Below are positions 9,814 to 21,665 of a stretch of 64,000 bases of DNA, in pieces (positions within the stretch are counted from its first letter, which is position 1; each line of letters starts with the position of its first letter). Source of the DNA: Anaeromyxobacteraceae bacterium (GTDB taxonomy: Bacteria; Myxococcota; Myxococcia; Myxococcales; Anaeromyxobacteraceae); contig JASGHJ010000001.1 of assembly GCA_047602405.1 (NCBI GenBank), positions 1,536,001 through 1,600,000 of the forward strand. The letters run 5' to 3'. The notes under the pieces were generated by a model. It did no database searches, was not told the origin of the DNA, and was given only the letters and a program-made list of their open reading frames with translations. The translations under genes were made by a program, and so were the position numbers.

Positions 9814-10554
9814 ATGCTCGTCGCCGTCTCGATCGCCTTCTGGGTCTTCTTCGTCGGCTCGCTGCCGGTCTTCTGGCTCGGCGCGGTGGTGGTCTTCCTC
9901 GCCACGGCCGCGTTCGATCGCCGGCGGACCGCGCTGCACCTCTACTCGTGCTTCTGGGCGTACCAGTACGTCTGGATGAACCCGCTCTGGCGGGTGAGGT
10001 TCACCGGGCGCGAGAAGCTGCCCTGGCGCGGCGCCGCGGTGATCGTCGCGAACCACCTCTCGCTCCTCGACGTGCTCGTGCTCTACGGCCTGTTCCGCCC
10101 GTTCAAGTGGGTCTCGAAGGCCGAGGTCTTCAAGGTGCCGTTCATCGGCTGGAACATGCGGATGAACGACCACGTCGCCGTGCTGCGCGGGAACCCGGAG
10201 AGCGTGCGGGACATGATGGATCACTGCCGCGCGCACCTCGCGCGCGGCACGCCCATCCTGATCTTCCCGGAGGGCACCCGCTCGCGCGACGGGCGGCTGC
10301 AGCGGTTCAAGGACGGCGCCTTCCGGCTCGCCGCCGAGGCGGGCGTGCCGGTCATCCCGCTCGCGGTGGTGGGGACCGGCGACGCCCTGCCGAAGCACGG
10401 CCTCGTGCTGCGCCAGGGGATGCGCGGGCACGTGACGGTGCTCGATCCGATCCCGCCCTCGAAGGACGCGGACGCCCTGCGCGAGGCCGCGCGCGCGGCG
10501 CTCATCGCGGCGCTGCCCGAGCACAATCGACCGCTGCCCGATCAGCGCGGCTGA
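9814..10554 (+). CDS. Lysophospholipid acyltransferase (PlsC family)
   Basis: NHLSLLD and FPEGTRS motifs. Confidence 0.9.
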   Translation: MLVAVSIAFWVFFVGSLPVFWLGAVVVFLATAAFDRRRTALHLYSCFWAYQYVWMNPLWRVRFTGREKLPWRGAAVIVANHLSLLDVLVLYGLFRPFKWVSKAEVFKVPFIGWNMRMNDHVAVLRGNPESVRDMMDHCRAHLARGTPILIFPEGTRSRDGRLQRFKDGAFRLAAEAGVPVIPLAVVGTGDALPKHGLVLRQGMRGHVTVLDPIPPSKDADALREAARAALIAALPEHNRPLPDQRG

Positions 10555-11684
10555 CGCGGCAGCCGCACCGTCATCACCACCTCGCCCTCGGCGGCGCGGC
10601 CGGTCACGTCGCCGCCGTGGGCGCGCGCGATCTCGCGGGCGATGAACAGGCCGAGCCCGAGGCCGGAGGCCTTCTTCGACTCCGCGTCCGGCGGGCGCGA
10701 GAACGGCTCGAAGAGCTGCGCGGCGACCTTCGGCGGCAGCTCGCCGGCGTTCCGGACCTCGAGCTCGACGCGGTCCTCCGCGCCGCGCACCGCGACGCGC
10801 ACCGGCTGGCCCGGCTCGCCGTGCTCGACGGCGTTCGCGAGCAGGTTCGAGGCGAGCTGCTCGAGCCGGTCCGGGTCCCACGCGCCCGCGGGGTCGCCCT
10901 CGAGCGTGAGCTCGAACCTTCGATCGGGCGACTGCGCCTCGAGCTCGTCGGCGACCTTCCGCACGATGGCGTCGAGCCGCGCCTCGCGGCGCTGCACCGG
11001 CAGGCCCGCGCCGAGGCGGGCGCGGGTGTACGAGAGCAGGTCCGCGATGATCCGCCCCATGCGCCCCGCGGAGGAGCGCACCCGGTCGACCGCGCGCGCC
11101 TGCCAGCCCTCGAGCCCGCCGCGCCCGTGGAGCAGCGCGGCCGACATGCTGATCGCACCGAGCGGGTTGCGCAGGTCGTGGCCGACCACCCCCAGGATGA
11201 AGTCCACCGCGCGCCGCCGCTCGTCGTCCCCCGCCGGGGCGCTCCTGTCCGGCACCGCCCGCGCGAGCCGGGCCTCGAGCGCGGCGAGGTCGGCCTGGGC
11301 CGCCGCGACCCGGAGCAGGGCCTCGGCCTCGGGGCCCGGGCCGTGCCGCCCCGCCATGGCGAGCACCACCGCGCCGCGCGAGAGCCGGAGCGGCGCGGCG
11401 GCCGCGGAGCGCGCCGACCGGGTGAACGGCGCGCCCGCCGGCCGCCCGCGCACGAGGCGACCGCGGCGCAGCGCGTGGGCGGCGATCGGCGGGGCGGGAC
11501 CGTCCGGCGCCACCCCGGCGCCGGCGGCGACGCGGAGGCGCCCGCCGGTCTCCAGCGCCACGAGCGCCCCGTCCGAGTCCGGCACCGCCTCCGCGAGCGC
11601 GACGGAGAGCGCGCGCAGCGCCCCGTCGCCGGGAGCGACGGCCAGGAGCCGTTCCAGGCCCGAAGCGGGGGCGCGGAGATGCAT
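10542..11684 (-). CDS. Sensor histidine kinase
   Basis: H-box GHDLRNPL, N-box NLLANAVEH, G-box GLGLGLFI. Confidence 0.9.
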   Translation of the reverse strand: MHLRAPASGLERLLAVAPGDGALRALSVALAEAVPDSDGALVALETGGRLRVAAGAGVAPDGPAPPIAAHALRRGRLVRGRPAGAPFTRSARSAAAAPLRLSRGAVVLAMAGRHGPGPEAEALLRVAAAQADLAALEARLARAVPDRSAPAGDDERRRAVDFILGVVGHDLRNPLGAISMSAALLHGRGGLEGWQARAVDRVRSSAGRMGRIIADLLSYTRARLGAGLPVQRREARLDAIVRKVADELEAQSPDRRFELTLEGDPAGAWDPDRLEQLASNLLANAVEHGEPGQPVRVAVRGAEDRVELEVRNAGELPPKVAAQLFEPFSRPPDAESKKASGLGLGLFIAREIARAHGGDVTGRAAEGEVVMTVRLPRQPR

Positions 11685-11797
11685 CCGGGCGAAAGGGTGT
11701 TACCGCCGGTGCGCGACCGGAACCCCCGCGACGGGCCCCGTGACGCAGGGCGTCGTCCTTTACCTGTCCGGGTGCCACGGCTATCGTGGCCGTCCTC

Positions 11798-13336
11798 ATG
11801 ACCACGACCGGAAAGCCGATCGCGAAGGTGCTCGTCGCCAATCGCGGCGAGATCGCCGTGCGCGTCATGCGCACGTGCCGGGAGATGGGGATCCGCACGG
11901 TGGCGGTCTACTCCGACGCCGACCGCGGCTCCCTCCACGTGCGCACCGCGGACGAGGCCGTGCACATCGGGCCCTCGCCCTCGCGCGAGAGCTACCTGGT
12001 CATCGAGAAGATCGTCGACGCGTGCAAGCGCACCGGCGCCGACGCCGTGCACCCGGGGTATGGGTTCCTCTCCGAGAAGGCCACCTTCGCGCGCGCCCTC
12101 AAGGACGCGAAGATCACCTTCATCGGCCCGCCCGCCGAGTCGATGGACGCCATGGGCGTGAAGACCACCGCCCGCGCCAACATGAAGAGGGCCGGCGTGC
12201 CCACCGTGCCGGGCTCCGAGGGGCCCATCGCCGACGCCGACGAGGCGAAGCGGTACGCCGACTCGATCGGCTACCCGGTCATGATCAAGGCCGCGGCCGG
12301 CGGCGGCGGCAAGGGCATGAAGAAGTGCGAGCGGGCCGAGGACTTCCCGACGCTGTGGGCGTCGGCGAAGCGCGAGTCCGGCTCCGCCTTCATGGACGAC
12401 CGGCTCTACGTCGAGAAGTTCCTCGAGAAGCCGCGCCACGTCGAGATCCAGGTCTTCGCCGACGAGCACGGCGACGCGATCTGGGTCGGCGAGCGCGAGT
12501 GCTCGGTGCAGCGCCGCCAGCAGAAGGTCATCGAGGAGAGCCCGAGCTGCATCCTCGACGAGAAGATGCGCCAGGCGATGGGCGAGGTGGCGGTGCGCGC
12601 CGCCAAGGCGGTCGGCTACCGCGGCGCCGGCACGGTCGAGTTCCTCGTCGACGCCCACCGCAACTTCTACTTCCTCGAGATGAACACCCGGCTCCAGGTC
12701 GAGCACCCGGTGACCGAGCTCACCACCGGCCTCGACCTCGTGAAGCTGCAGATCGAGGTCGCCCAGGGCGGCCGCATCCCGCGCCAGGAGCAGATCGTCC
12801 GCCGCGGCCACGCCATCGAGGCCCGCATCTACGCCGAGGATCCCTCGAAGGGCTTCGCGCCGTCGCCGGGCCGCATCAACTACCTGCGCATCCCGAGCGG
12901 CCCGGGCGTCCGCGACGACTCGGGCGTGTACGGCGGCTGGATCGTCCCGCAGTTCTACGACCCGATGCTCTCGAAGCTGCTCGCCTGGGCGCCCACCCGC
13001 GAGGAGGCCATCGCGAAGCTCGTCCGCGCGCTCGAGGAGTACATCATCACCGGCATCACCGCGAACGTCGGCTACCTCGCCCGCGTGCTGCAGCACCCCG
13101 CCTTCCGGTCGGGCGACTACGACACCGGCTTCTGCGCGAAGTACGAGCGGGACCTCCTGCCGCGCAACGACCCGAAGCACGAGATGCTCGCGGTCGTGGC
13201 CGCGGCGATCTCGGCCCACACGACCGACCGGGCCGAGGCGGAGGCGTTCGCGGCGCGGAGCGGCCAGAGCGCCGCCACGTCGCGCTGGGTGAAGCTCGGC
13301 CGCGCGCGCCAGCTGCGCGGGGGGGGATCTAGATGA
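11798..13336 (+). CDS. accC: Biotin carboxylase subunit of acyl-CoA carboxylase
   Basis: ANRGEIA, HPGYGFLSE, GGGGKGM, RECSVQRR, EMNTRLQVEHPVTE. Confidence 0.93.
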   Translation: MTTTGKPIAKVLVANRGEIAVRVMRTCREMGIRTVAVYSDADRGSLHVRTADEAVHIGPSPSRESYLVIEKIVDACKRTGADAVHPGYGFLSEKATFARALKDAKITFIGPPAESMDAMGVKTTARANMKRAGVPTVPGSEGPIADADEAKRYADSIGYPVMIKAAAGGGGKGMKKCERAEDFPTLWASAKRESGSAFMDDRLYVEKFLEKPRHVEIQVFADEHGDAIWVGERECSVQRRQQKVIEESPSCILDEKMRQAMGEVAVRAAKAVGYRGAGTVEFLVDAHRNFYFLEMNTRLQVEHPVTELTTGLDLVKLQIEVAQGGRIPRQEQIVRRGHAIEARIYAEDPSKGFAPSPGRINYLRIPSGPGVRDDSGVYGGWIVPQFYDPMLSKLLAWAPTREEAIAKLVRALEEYIITGITANVGYLARVLQHPAFRSGDYDTGFCAKYERDLLPRNDPKHEMLAVVAAAISAHTTDRAEAEAFAARSGQSAATSRWVKLGRARQLRGGGSR

Positions 13337-13842
13337 GCTCGTACGTGGCCCTCCTCGACGGGGGCAAGCGCGAGGTCAAGGTCGAGGTCAAGGAGACGAG
13401 CCCCGGCATCTTCGAGGTGAAGGCGGGCGACGAGGTCCACGTCGTCGACGTGCACTTCGGCCGGCACCTGCTCCAGCTGCTCGTGGACGGGGCCTGCTAC
13501 CAGGCGGTCCTCGACCCGCGCGGCGACCAGCTGCGCGTGCGGGTGGGCGACTCCACCTACCCGATGGAGCTGCTCGACGAGCGCCGGCTGCGCCTGCGCC
13601 ACGCCGCGGGCAAGTTCCACGCGGAGGGCAAGCAGAACCTCACCTCGGCGATGCCCGGCAAGGTGGTCAAGATCCTCGTCAAGGTCGGCGACGAGGTGAA
13701 GGAGGGCCAGGGGCTCGTGGTCGTCGAGGCGATGAAGATGGAGAACGAGATGAAGAGCCCGAAGGACGGCAAGGTCGTCGAGATCTTCGTCGACGAGGGC
13801 GAGGCGGTGGAGGGCAACTCGAAGCTCCTCGCCGTGGAGTAG
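13333..13842 (+). CDS. Biotin carboxyl carrier protein
   Basis: EAMKMENE biotinylation motif. Overlaps the accC stop (ATGA). Confidence 0.92.
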   Translation: MSSYVALLDGGKREVKVEVKETSPGIFEVKAGDEVHVVDVHFGRHLLQLLVDGACYQAVLDPRGDQLRVRVGDSTYPMELLDERRLRLRHAAGKFHAEGKQNLTSAMPGKVVKILVKVGDEVKEGQGLVVVEAMKMENEMKSPKDGKVVEIFVDEGEAVEGNSKLLAVE

Positions 13843-13905
13843 GAGCAGGAGCAGAAGCAGCAGCGCAACAGCGGTGCCATCGTTCCGGGCAGAAAGATCC
13901 AAAGG

Positions 13906-15561
<1,656 letters not shown>

Positions 15562-15567
15562 GGGCGA

Positions 15568-17469
15568 GTGTCGTCCGACCCGCCGAAGCGCCCGGGGGGG
15601 CCGCCCCCGGGGCCACCCAGACTCGACCGCGTGCCCGAGGGCTACCGTCCCCCGGCGCTGCGCCCTGCCGTGCCGGCGTCCGCGCCGGCGGCCCCGGGCG
15701 CAGCGGCGGGGCCCGGCGCGCCCGCGGCGCCGGCCGCACCGGCCGCCGCCGGCGGCCCGCCGCCCCCCGAGCCCGCCCGGAAGTACGTCCGCGGGTACGT
15801 CGAGGCGGGGCTCGAGGTCACGCCCGACGCCGCGATGGCCGCGGGCATCCCGCTCACCGGCAACCTCGACCTCGCCTCGCCGCTCCGCCTCTTCTCGCTC
15901 GCCGCCGCCATGCAGGCGAACGGGATGCTCTCGATCACCGACGACGTCGCGACCCGGGCGCTCGTCTTCCGGCGCGGCACGGTCGAGCACGCCTCCTCCA
16001 CCTCGGCCGAGGACGACCTGTTCGCCTTCCTGGTGCGCAAGGGCGCCCTCAAGCCCGAGGTGCTCCCCGCGGCCGAGGCCGCGCGCAACGCGGCCGGTGG
16101 CGACGCGGTGGCGGGGCTCTTCGCGGCGCAGCTCGTGAGCGCGTCCGGGGTGGCCGCCCTCCTCGCCGAGCACGGCGCCGCGGTCGTGGCCCGCGCGCTC
16201 GCCTCCGAGCACGGCGGCTGGCGCTGGGAGCCCAACGTGCCGCCGCCGCCGTCGGGCTTCCCGCTCGGCAACTCCTACGGGCTCCTCTGCGCCGCCGCCC
16301 GCGCGCTCGACGTCGGCGCGGTCCGCCTGCGGCTCGGCGAGCGCGAGACCCGCGCGGCCTCCCGCATGGGCAGCCGCATCCGGCTCGAGGACCTGAAGCT
16401 CACGCCCCAGGAGGCGCGCGTCGCGGCCGCCTTCGACGGGCGCAGCCCCGAGGAGATCGCGGCGCTCGCCCCGGCCGACGCGCCGACCATCATGCGGCTC
16501 GCGCTCCTCCTCGCGGAGTGCGACCTCCTCACCTTCGGCGCGGTGCGGGAGGTCCCGAAGGTCACCCCCGCCACCGCCCCGCCGCCTCCGGCCCCGGCGG
16601 CGCCCGCGCCCGCCGCGGCGGCCACCGCCCCGCCGCGCGCGACCCCGGTCCCGCGGCCCGGCACGGCCCCGGCGCCCGCCGCCGCGCGGCCTCCGGCGCC
16701 CCGGCCCGCGACGACGCCCGCCCCCGTGCCGAACAAGGCCGCGTCTCCCGCGCGGTCACCCGCGCCCGTGCCCGCCCCGGCGAAGCCCGCCGCGGCGAAC
16801 CTCGACGTCGCGGCCCTCCGCGCGCTCGCCGCGTCCCTCGGCGAGAAGGACCACTTCGAGGTCCTCGGCGTGAAGCGCGACGCGCCCGCCGCCGCCGTGA
16901 AGGCCGCGTACTTCTCCCTCGCGAAGGCCTACCACCCCGACGCCGTGCCCGCGGGCGCGCCGGACGAGGTCAGGAAGCTCGCCGCCGGCGTGTTCGCCCG
17001 CATCGGCGAGGCCTGGGGCGTGCTCTCCGACGAGGCGCGCAGGAAGGCCTACCTCGACGAGCTCGCGAGCGGCGGCCCCGCCGACGTGGACGTCGCCGCG
17101 ATCTTCGGCGCCGAGAACGCGTTCCAGCTCGGCACGCTGCTCGTGAAGGCGCGCAAGTACGACGAGGCCATCCAGAAGTTCGACGAGGCCATCGGGCTCA
17201 ACGCGACCGAGCCCGAGTTCGGCATGTGGAAGGCCTGGTGCGAGTTCCTCCTCGTCGAGGACCGCAAGAAGGCCTACCCGCCGAAGGCCGCCGCCATCGA
17301 GGCCCTGCTGAAGCAGAACCCGCGCTGCGCGCAGGGCTACCTGTTCCTCGGCCAGATGTCGAAGCTCGTCGGCGAGCCCAAGGTCGCCGAGAAGCACCTC
17401 AAGCGCGGCCTCGAGGTCGCGCCCGACCACGCCGAGCTCCAGCGCGAGCTCAAGTACCTCGGAAAGTAG
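15568..17469 (+). CDS. DUF4388-like + J-domain + TPR protein
   Basis: DHFEVLGV...AYFSLAKAYHPD J-domain with HPD, Pro/Ala linker, C-terminal TPR-like repeats. Confidence 0.8.
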   Translation: MSSDPPKRPGGPPPGPPRLDRVPEGYRPPALRPAVPASAPAAPGAAAGPGAPAAPAAPAAAGGPPPPEPARKYVRGYVEAGLEVTPDAAMAAGIPLTGNLDLASPLRLFSLAAAMQANGMLSITDDVATRALVFRRGTVEHASSTSAEDDLFAFLVRKGALKPEVLPAAEAARNAAGGDAVAGLFAAQLVSASGVAALLAEHGAAVVARALASEHGGWRWEPNVPPPPSGFPLGNSYGLLCAAARALDVGAVRLRLGERETRAASRMGSRIRLEDLKLTPQEARVAAAFDGRSPEEIAALAPADAPTIMRLALLLAECDLLTFGAVREVPKVTPATAPPPPAPAAPAPAAAATAPPRATPVPRPGTAPAPAAARPPAPRPATTPAPVPNKAASPARSPAPVPAPAKPAAANLDVAALRALAASLGEKDHFEVLGVKRDAPAAAVKAAYFSLAKAYHPDAVPAGAPDEVRKLAAGVFARIGEAWGVLSDEARRKAYLDELASGGPADVDVAAIFGAENAFQLGTLLVKARKYDEAIQKFDEAIGLNATEPEFGMWKAWCEFLLVEDRKKAYPPKAAAIEALLKQNPRCAQGYLFLGQMSKLVGEPKVAEKHLKRGLEVAPDHAELQRELKYLGK

Positions 17470-17474
17470 GAGCC

Positions 17475-17885
17475 GTGCCCGCCCCGACGAACCCCAAGAA
17501 GAAGTCGCTCATGCCGTCGAGCCCGCTCCGCCGCGCGCTGCGCGCCGCCGGGCACCACAAGGACCCGGTGGTGCAGGTCGGCAAGGAGGGGCTCACCGAC
17601 GCCGTGCGGAGCCAGCTCGACGAGCAGCTGCTGGCGCACGAGCTCGTGAAAGTGAAGGTCGGCGGCGAGAGCCCCGAGGACCGCTTCGAGGTCGCGGCGC
17701 TCCTCTCCGAGGGCACCGGCGCGTCCATCGCGCAGATCCTCGGGCGCACCGTGCTCGTCTACCGCCGCCACCCGCGCAAGCCCCGCTTCGAGCCCTGGGG
17801 CAAGGGCGAGACCCCGCCCGCGCCGCCGAAGCCGCCGGAGCGGAAGAAGCGGCTGATGCAGCGGAACCCGCGCCCGAAGCGGTAG
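17475..17885 (+). CDS. yhbY: YhbY/CRS1 RNA-binding protein
   Basis: LRAAGHHKDPVVQVGKEGLT, HELVKVKV, QILGRTVLVYR. GTG start after AGGAG. Confidence 0.85.
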   Translation: MPAPTNPKKKSLMPSSPLRRALRAAGHHKDPVVQVGKEGLTDAVRSQLDEQLLAHELVKVKVGGESPEDRFEVAALLSEGTGASIAQILGRTVLVYRRHPRKPRFEPWGKGETPPAPPKPPERKKRLMQRNPRPKR

Positions 17886-17937
17886 CGCCCGCAGCTTCCC
17901 AGCGAAGCTTCCGCCGCAGCCGGAGGCTGCGGTCAGG

Positions 17938-18066
17938 CGTCCCTCGACTCCGGCCCGCGGAGCTTCGCTCCGCGGCGCCTACGCTCGGGATGAACGGAGC
18001 TGATCCAGGGGTGGGGTGCTCGCTCATCCCGAGCGTAGGCCCGCGCAGCGGGCCGGAGTCGAGGGA
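17938..18066. repeat. Inverted doublet of REP-like repeats
   Basis: 17938-17997 (reverse) and 18021-18066 (forward). Same arrangement as 2426-2541. Confidence 0.85.
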
Positions 18067-18087
18067 AGGCACCCCGTGCAACTCAGC

Positions 18088-18429
18088 TCAATGCAGATCG
18101 CCGTCGCGGCCCTTCACGTAGCCCGACTGGCCGTCGAGCTCGTGGCGAGCGCGCGCGGCCTCGACGTCCTCCTCGTCGGCGACGCCCTTCTCGACGAGCA
18201 GGTTCTCGGCGACCTCGCCGGAGACCGCCGCGCGGGCGACGTCCTGCTCGGCGAGCTCGAGGCGCGCGGAGACGTCGCGCAGCTCCTGGGCCAGCTCGGC
18301 GACGCGCAGCTCGAGCGTGCGCTCGTGGCGCCGCGCCCGGAGGAACAGGGCGGCGATGAGCACGAACGCGGAGGCGACCGTCAGGCTCAGCACGGGGCGG
18401 ATGCTACCGACCGTCACGGCGCGCGGCAA
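18088..18429 (-). CDS. Hypothetical membrane-anchored coiled-coil protein
   Basis: N-terminal TM helix then heptad-like region. Start uncertain. Confidence 0.6.
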   Translation of the reverse strand: MPRAVTVGSIRPVLSLTVASAFVLIAALFLRARRHERTLELRVAELAQELRDVSARLELAEQDVARAAVSGEVAENLLVEKGVADEEDVEAARARHELDGQSGYVKGRDGDLH

Positions 18430-18539
18430 GGACGGGGAGCGGGGGACTCGTGCGCCGAGGTGGGGGGGTGTCGGCGGTCAAAGACTTCCGGATTTGCCGC
18501 CCTTGCCGGAGGTGTAAGCCTGCGACACACTCCGAGCGG

Positions 18540-19154
18540 ATGCTGCTGCGGCTCAACATGACGCGCGCCGTGAAGGCGCTCATCCGGGACGTCGCGCGGC
18601 GCCTGCCCGAGCTCGAGCACGTGCGGCCGGCGCGGATCCTCGTCGTCGCCGGAGAGGCGCGCCGCGCCTCGCGGGCCACCATCCGGCCCGCGCACTACGA
18701 CGGCACCGGCGGCCGCGCCGGCCACGGCGCGCGCACGAAGCCGCTCATCCGCGTGAAGGGCCGCAAGATCCTCTACGTCATCACGCTGCGGCCGCTGTGG
18801 TTCCTCGACTCGACGCCGGAGGAGCGGATCCACACGATCCTGCACGAGCTCTACCACGCGGCCCGCGCGTTCGACGGCACGCTCGACCCCGCGCGCCGCC
18901 ACGCGCGCCTGCCGCTCGCGCGGTACGACCGCCGCATCGCGCGCCTCGTGGAGCGCTACCTCGAGCTCGCTCCGCCGGAGGTGCTCGCGCCCTTCGCGAC
19001 GAGCGGCATCGTGCGCGCGCGCATGTGGCTCGAGCGCCCCGCCGCGGCGTACGACGAGGAGGCCTACCGCGGACGCCGCACGTACACCGAGGAGCAGCTC
19101 TTCCTCGGCCACGTGCGGATGGTGAGCCGCAGGCGTCGCCGCACGGTGAACTGA
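18540..19154 (+). CDS. Putative metallopeptidase
   Basis: TILHELYH HExxH motif. Confidence 0.7.
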   Translation: MLLRLNMTRAVKALIRDVARRLPELEHVRPARILVVAGEARRASRATIRPAHYDGTGGRAGHGARTKPLIRVKGRKILYVITLRPLWFLDSTPEERIHTILHELYHAARAFDGTLDPARRHARLPLARYDRRIARLVERYLELAPPEVLAPFATSGIVRARMWLERPAAAYDEEAYRGRRTYTEEQLFLGHVRMVSRRRRRTVN

Positions 19155-19158
19155 GGCC

Positions 19159-19713
19159 TCACGGCGCCGTCTGCTGCAGGTGCAGGTTCGCTCCGTGCGC
19201 GTCCATCGTGACGACCGCGGGAAGCCCACGCACCTCGAGGTCCCAGAGGGCCTCGGCGACGCCGAGCTCGTCGAGGAGGTGCACGCCGTGCACCTTCACC
19301 ACCGACCGCGCGAGCGTCACCGCGAGGTCCGGCGGCGCGTGCAGGTAGACCGCGCCGTGCGCCGCGAGGGCCTCGCCGGTCGCCGGGCCCATGCCGCCCT
19401 TCCCGAGCAGGCCGCGCACGCCGTAGCCGGCGACGACCGCGGGGGTCCAGGCCTCCACGCGCGCCGACTCGGTAGGCCCCGCCGCCACGACGCGCCAGGC
19501 GCGGGTGCCGGGGTCGGAGACCACGACCGGCGCGCAGTGGTAGAGCACGCGCCCCCGGAGGAGCGCCCGGGCCTTCGGGTCGTCGGCCCGCGCGAGGTGC
19601 TGGTGCGCAGCCTCGCGCGCGGTGCAGAGGCGCCCCGACAGGCGCACCGCGTCCCCGACGCGCAGGGCGCGGATGGCCTCCTCGGAGGCGGGCAGGGTGA
19701 GCTCGTGCACCAT
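19159..19713 (-). CDS. Fe-S hydro-lyase (fumarase/tartrate dehydratase) beta-subunit-like protein
   Basis: LRVGDAVRLSG, TAREAAH, GKGGMG, VTMDAHG. Confidence 0.85.
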   Translation of the reverse strand: MVHELTLPASEEAIRALRVGDAVRLSGRLCTAREAAHQHLARADDPKARALLRGRVLYHCAPVVVSDPGTRAWRVVAAGPTESARVEAWTPAVVAGYGVRGLLGKGGMGPATGEALAAHGAVYLHAPPDLAVTLARSVVKVHGVHLLDELGVAEALWDLEVRGLPAVVTMDAHGANLHLQQTAP

Positions 19714-19746
19714 CGGGCCGGCGCCCAGGCTACCATCCCGGCCCGC

Positions 19747-20673
19747 ATGCGCCGCGAGATCCGACTCCCGTTGACCGTCGAGGGCCGCCTCGACCGCGCC
19801 CTCGCCGACGCGCTCGGCCTCGGGCGCGCCGCCGTGAAGCGCGCCTTCGGCCTCGGCGAGGTCCGGGTGCGCGGCAAGCGGGCGCGGGCGTCCGACCCGG
19901 CGGAGCCCGGCGCGCTCGTGGAGCTCGACGTCGAGGAGCCCGCCGGGCCGCCCGACCCGGAGCCGGACGCGCCGCTCACGGTGCTCGCGGAGGGGCTCGG
20001 CTTCGTGGTGGTCGACAAGCCCGCCGGCGTCGCGGTGCACCCGCTCGCGCCGGGGGAGGGCGGCACGCTCGCGAACGCGGTCGTGGCGCGCTACCCGGAG
20101 TGCGCCGCGGCCTCTCCCGAGGCGCGGGAGGGCGGGGCGGTGCAGCGGCTCGACCTCGAGACGAGCGGCTGCGTGCTCTTCGCGCGCGACCCGAACGCCT
20201 GGCAGGCCCTGCACGAGCAGCTCGGGGCCCGGGGGGTGGAGAAGGTCTACCGGGCCCTCGTCGTGGGCAAGGTGGTCGCGGGAGGCGTGTCCTCGGTGCC
20301 GCTCGCGCAGCGGGGCGGCCGGGCGGTGCCGGTGCCGGACACGCTCGCGGAGGAGCGGGCGCGCTCGAAGGGCCTGAAGCCCCGGCCCGCCGAGACCACC
20401 TGGGAGATCGAGCGACGCTTCGCGGGGCACACGCTGCTGCGGGTCGGCATCACGACGGGCGTCATGCACCAGATCCGCGCGCACCTCGCCCACGCCGGCT
20501 ACCCCGTGGCGGGCGACGCGCTCTACGGCGGGGCCTCGGCCGCGCTGCCGGGGCTCGGGAGGCACTTCCTGCACGCCGCCCGGCTCGGCTTCGACGCGCC
20601 GGCCGGCGGGCGGGAGATCGTGGAGAGCCCGCTGCCGCCGGAGCTGCAGCGGGTGCTGGATTCGCTGAGCTGA
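19747..20673 (+). CDS. RluA-family pseudouridine synthase
   Basis: S4-like start, DKPAG, QRLDLETSG, TGVMHQIRAHL, GDALYG. Confidence 0.9.
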   Translation: MRREIRLPLTVEGRLDRALADALGLGRAAVKRAFGLGEVRVRGKRARASDPAEPGALVELDVEEPAGPPDPEPDAPLTVLAEGLGFVVVDKPAGVAVHPLAPGEGGTLANAVVARYPECAAASPEAREGGAVQRLDLETSGCVLFARDPNAWQALHEQLGARGVEKVYRALVVGKVVAGGVSSVPLAQRGGRAVPVPDTLAEERARSKGLKPRPAETTWEIERRFAGHTLLRVGITTGVMHQIRAHLAHAGYPVAGDALYGGASAALPGLGRHFLHAARLGFDAPAGGREIVESPLPPELQRVLDSLS

Positions 20674-20683
20674 GCTGAAACGC

Positions 20684-20713
20684 GAAAGGGCCCTGCCGGA
20701 GCAGGGCCCTTTC
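20684..20713. terminator. Bidirectional intrinsic terminator
   Basis: GAAAGGGCCCTGC-CGGA-GCAGGGCCCTTTC, a perfect stem between convergent genes. Confidence 0.85.
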
Positions 20714-20733
20714 AGGTTTCCGTTCGTCCTGAC

Positions 20734-21210
20734 CTACTGCGGCGCCGGCGCGGGCGCCGGGGCGGCGCCGTCCGCCGCGGCCGCATCCGCGGTCATCGGC
20801 GGGTCGGTCATGATGGCGATCGTGTTCACGCCGACGATGTGCGCCTGGTCGAGCACGAACATGACCTGCTCGTACTTCGCCTTGTCCTCGGCGTTGAAGA
20901 ACATGACCTTCAGGTAGCGGTCCTTGAACGCCGGGCCGATGCGCTGCATCGCCTCGGCGACCGTCATCTCCTGCTTGTTCAGCAGCACGTTCCCGTTCAC
21001 GAGCGCGGTCACCACGGTCTGATCCGGCGGCTGCTGATCAGGCTGGATGACCTCCGGGTTCGGCACGTACTCGGGCACGCGGAGGTACTTCTGCTTCTCC
21101 GCGAGCGGCGTGAGCACCATGAAGATGATCAGGAGGACGAGGACGACGTCGATGAGCGGCGTGACGTTGATGTCGCTCGCCGGCTTCTTGGTCCCTAGCG
21201 CCATTCCCAT
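20734..21210 (-). CDS. exbD: ExbD/TolR family protein
   Basis: DINVTPLIDVVLVLLIIFMV. Confidence 0.92.
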   Translation of the reverse strand: MGMALGTKKPASDINVTPLIDVVLVLLIIFMVLTPLAEKQKYLRVPEYVPNPEVIQPDQQPPDQTVVTALVNGNVLLNKQEMTVAEAMQRIGPAFKDRYLKVMFFNAEDKAKYEQVMFVLDQAHIVGVNTIAIMTDPPMTADAAAADGAAPAPAPAPQ

Positions 21211-21212
21211 GG

Positions 21213-21629
21213 CTAGCTCTTCTCCTTGATCTGGGAGGCGGCGAGGGAGACGCCCTGGAGCCCGCTCTTCGACATCTCGAGCATGAGCTCCCGGATGCGC
21301 TTGTACTCGACGTTCCGGTCGCCCTTCACGAGGATGGGCGCGCCCGGGTGCATCATCATCTCGACCTTCAGCGCCTCGGGGAGGTCGGGCAGGTTCGGCA
21401 CCTCGACCTTGTCGATCCAGACCTTCCCGTCCTGCGTCACCGACACGAAGATCGGGTCGCCGCCCTTGGTCGGAGAGACCTGGTGGGCGTCGGGGAGCTG
21501 GACCGGCTTGCCGCGCTGGAGCATCGGCGTGATCACCATGAAGATGATGAGCAGCACGAGCACGACGTCGACGAGCGGCGTGACGTTGATGTCACTCTTG
21601 ACTGACTTGCTGCCGACATCCATGGACAC
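21213..21629 (-). CDS. exbD: ExbD/TolR family protein
   Basis: DINVTPLVDVVLVLLIIFMV. Confidence 0.92.
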   Translation of the reverse strand: MSMDVGSKSVKSDINVTPLVDVVLVLLIIFMVITPMLQRGKPVQLPDAHQVSPTKGGDPIFVSVTQDGKVWIDKVEVPNLPDLPEALKVEMMMHPGAPILVKGDRNVEYKRIRELMLEMSKSGLQGVSLAASQIKEKS

Positions 21630-21665
21630 GGGTGGAGCTCCTTCTGCTCGAGGGGACCGGGACCC

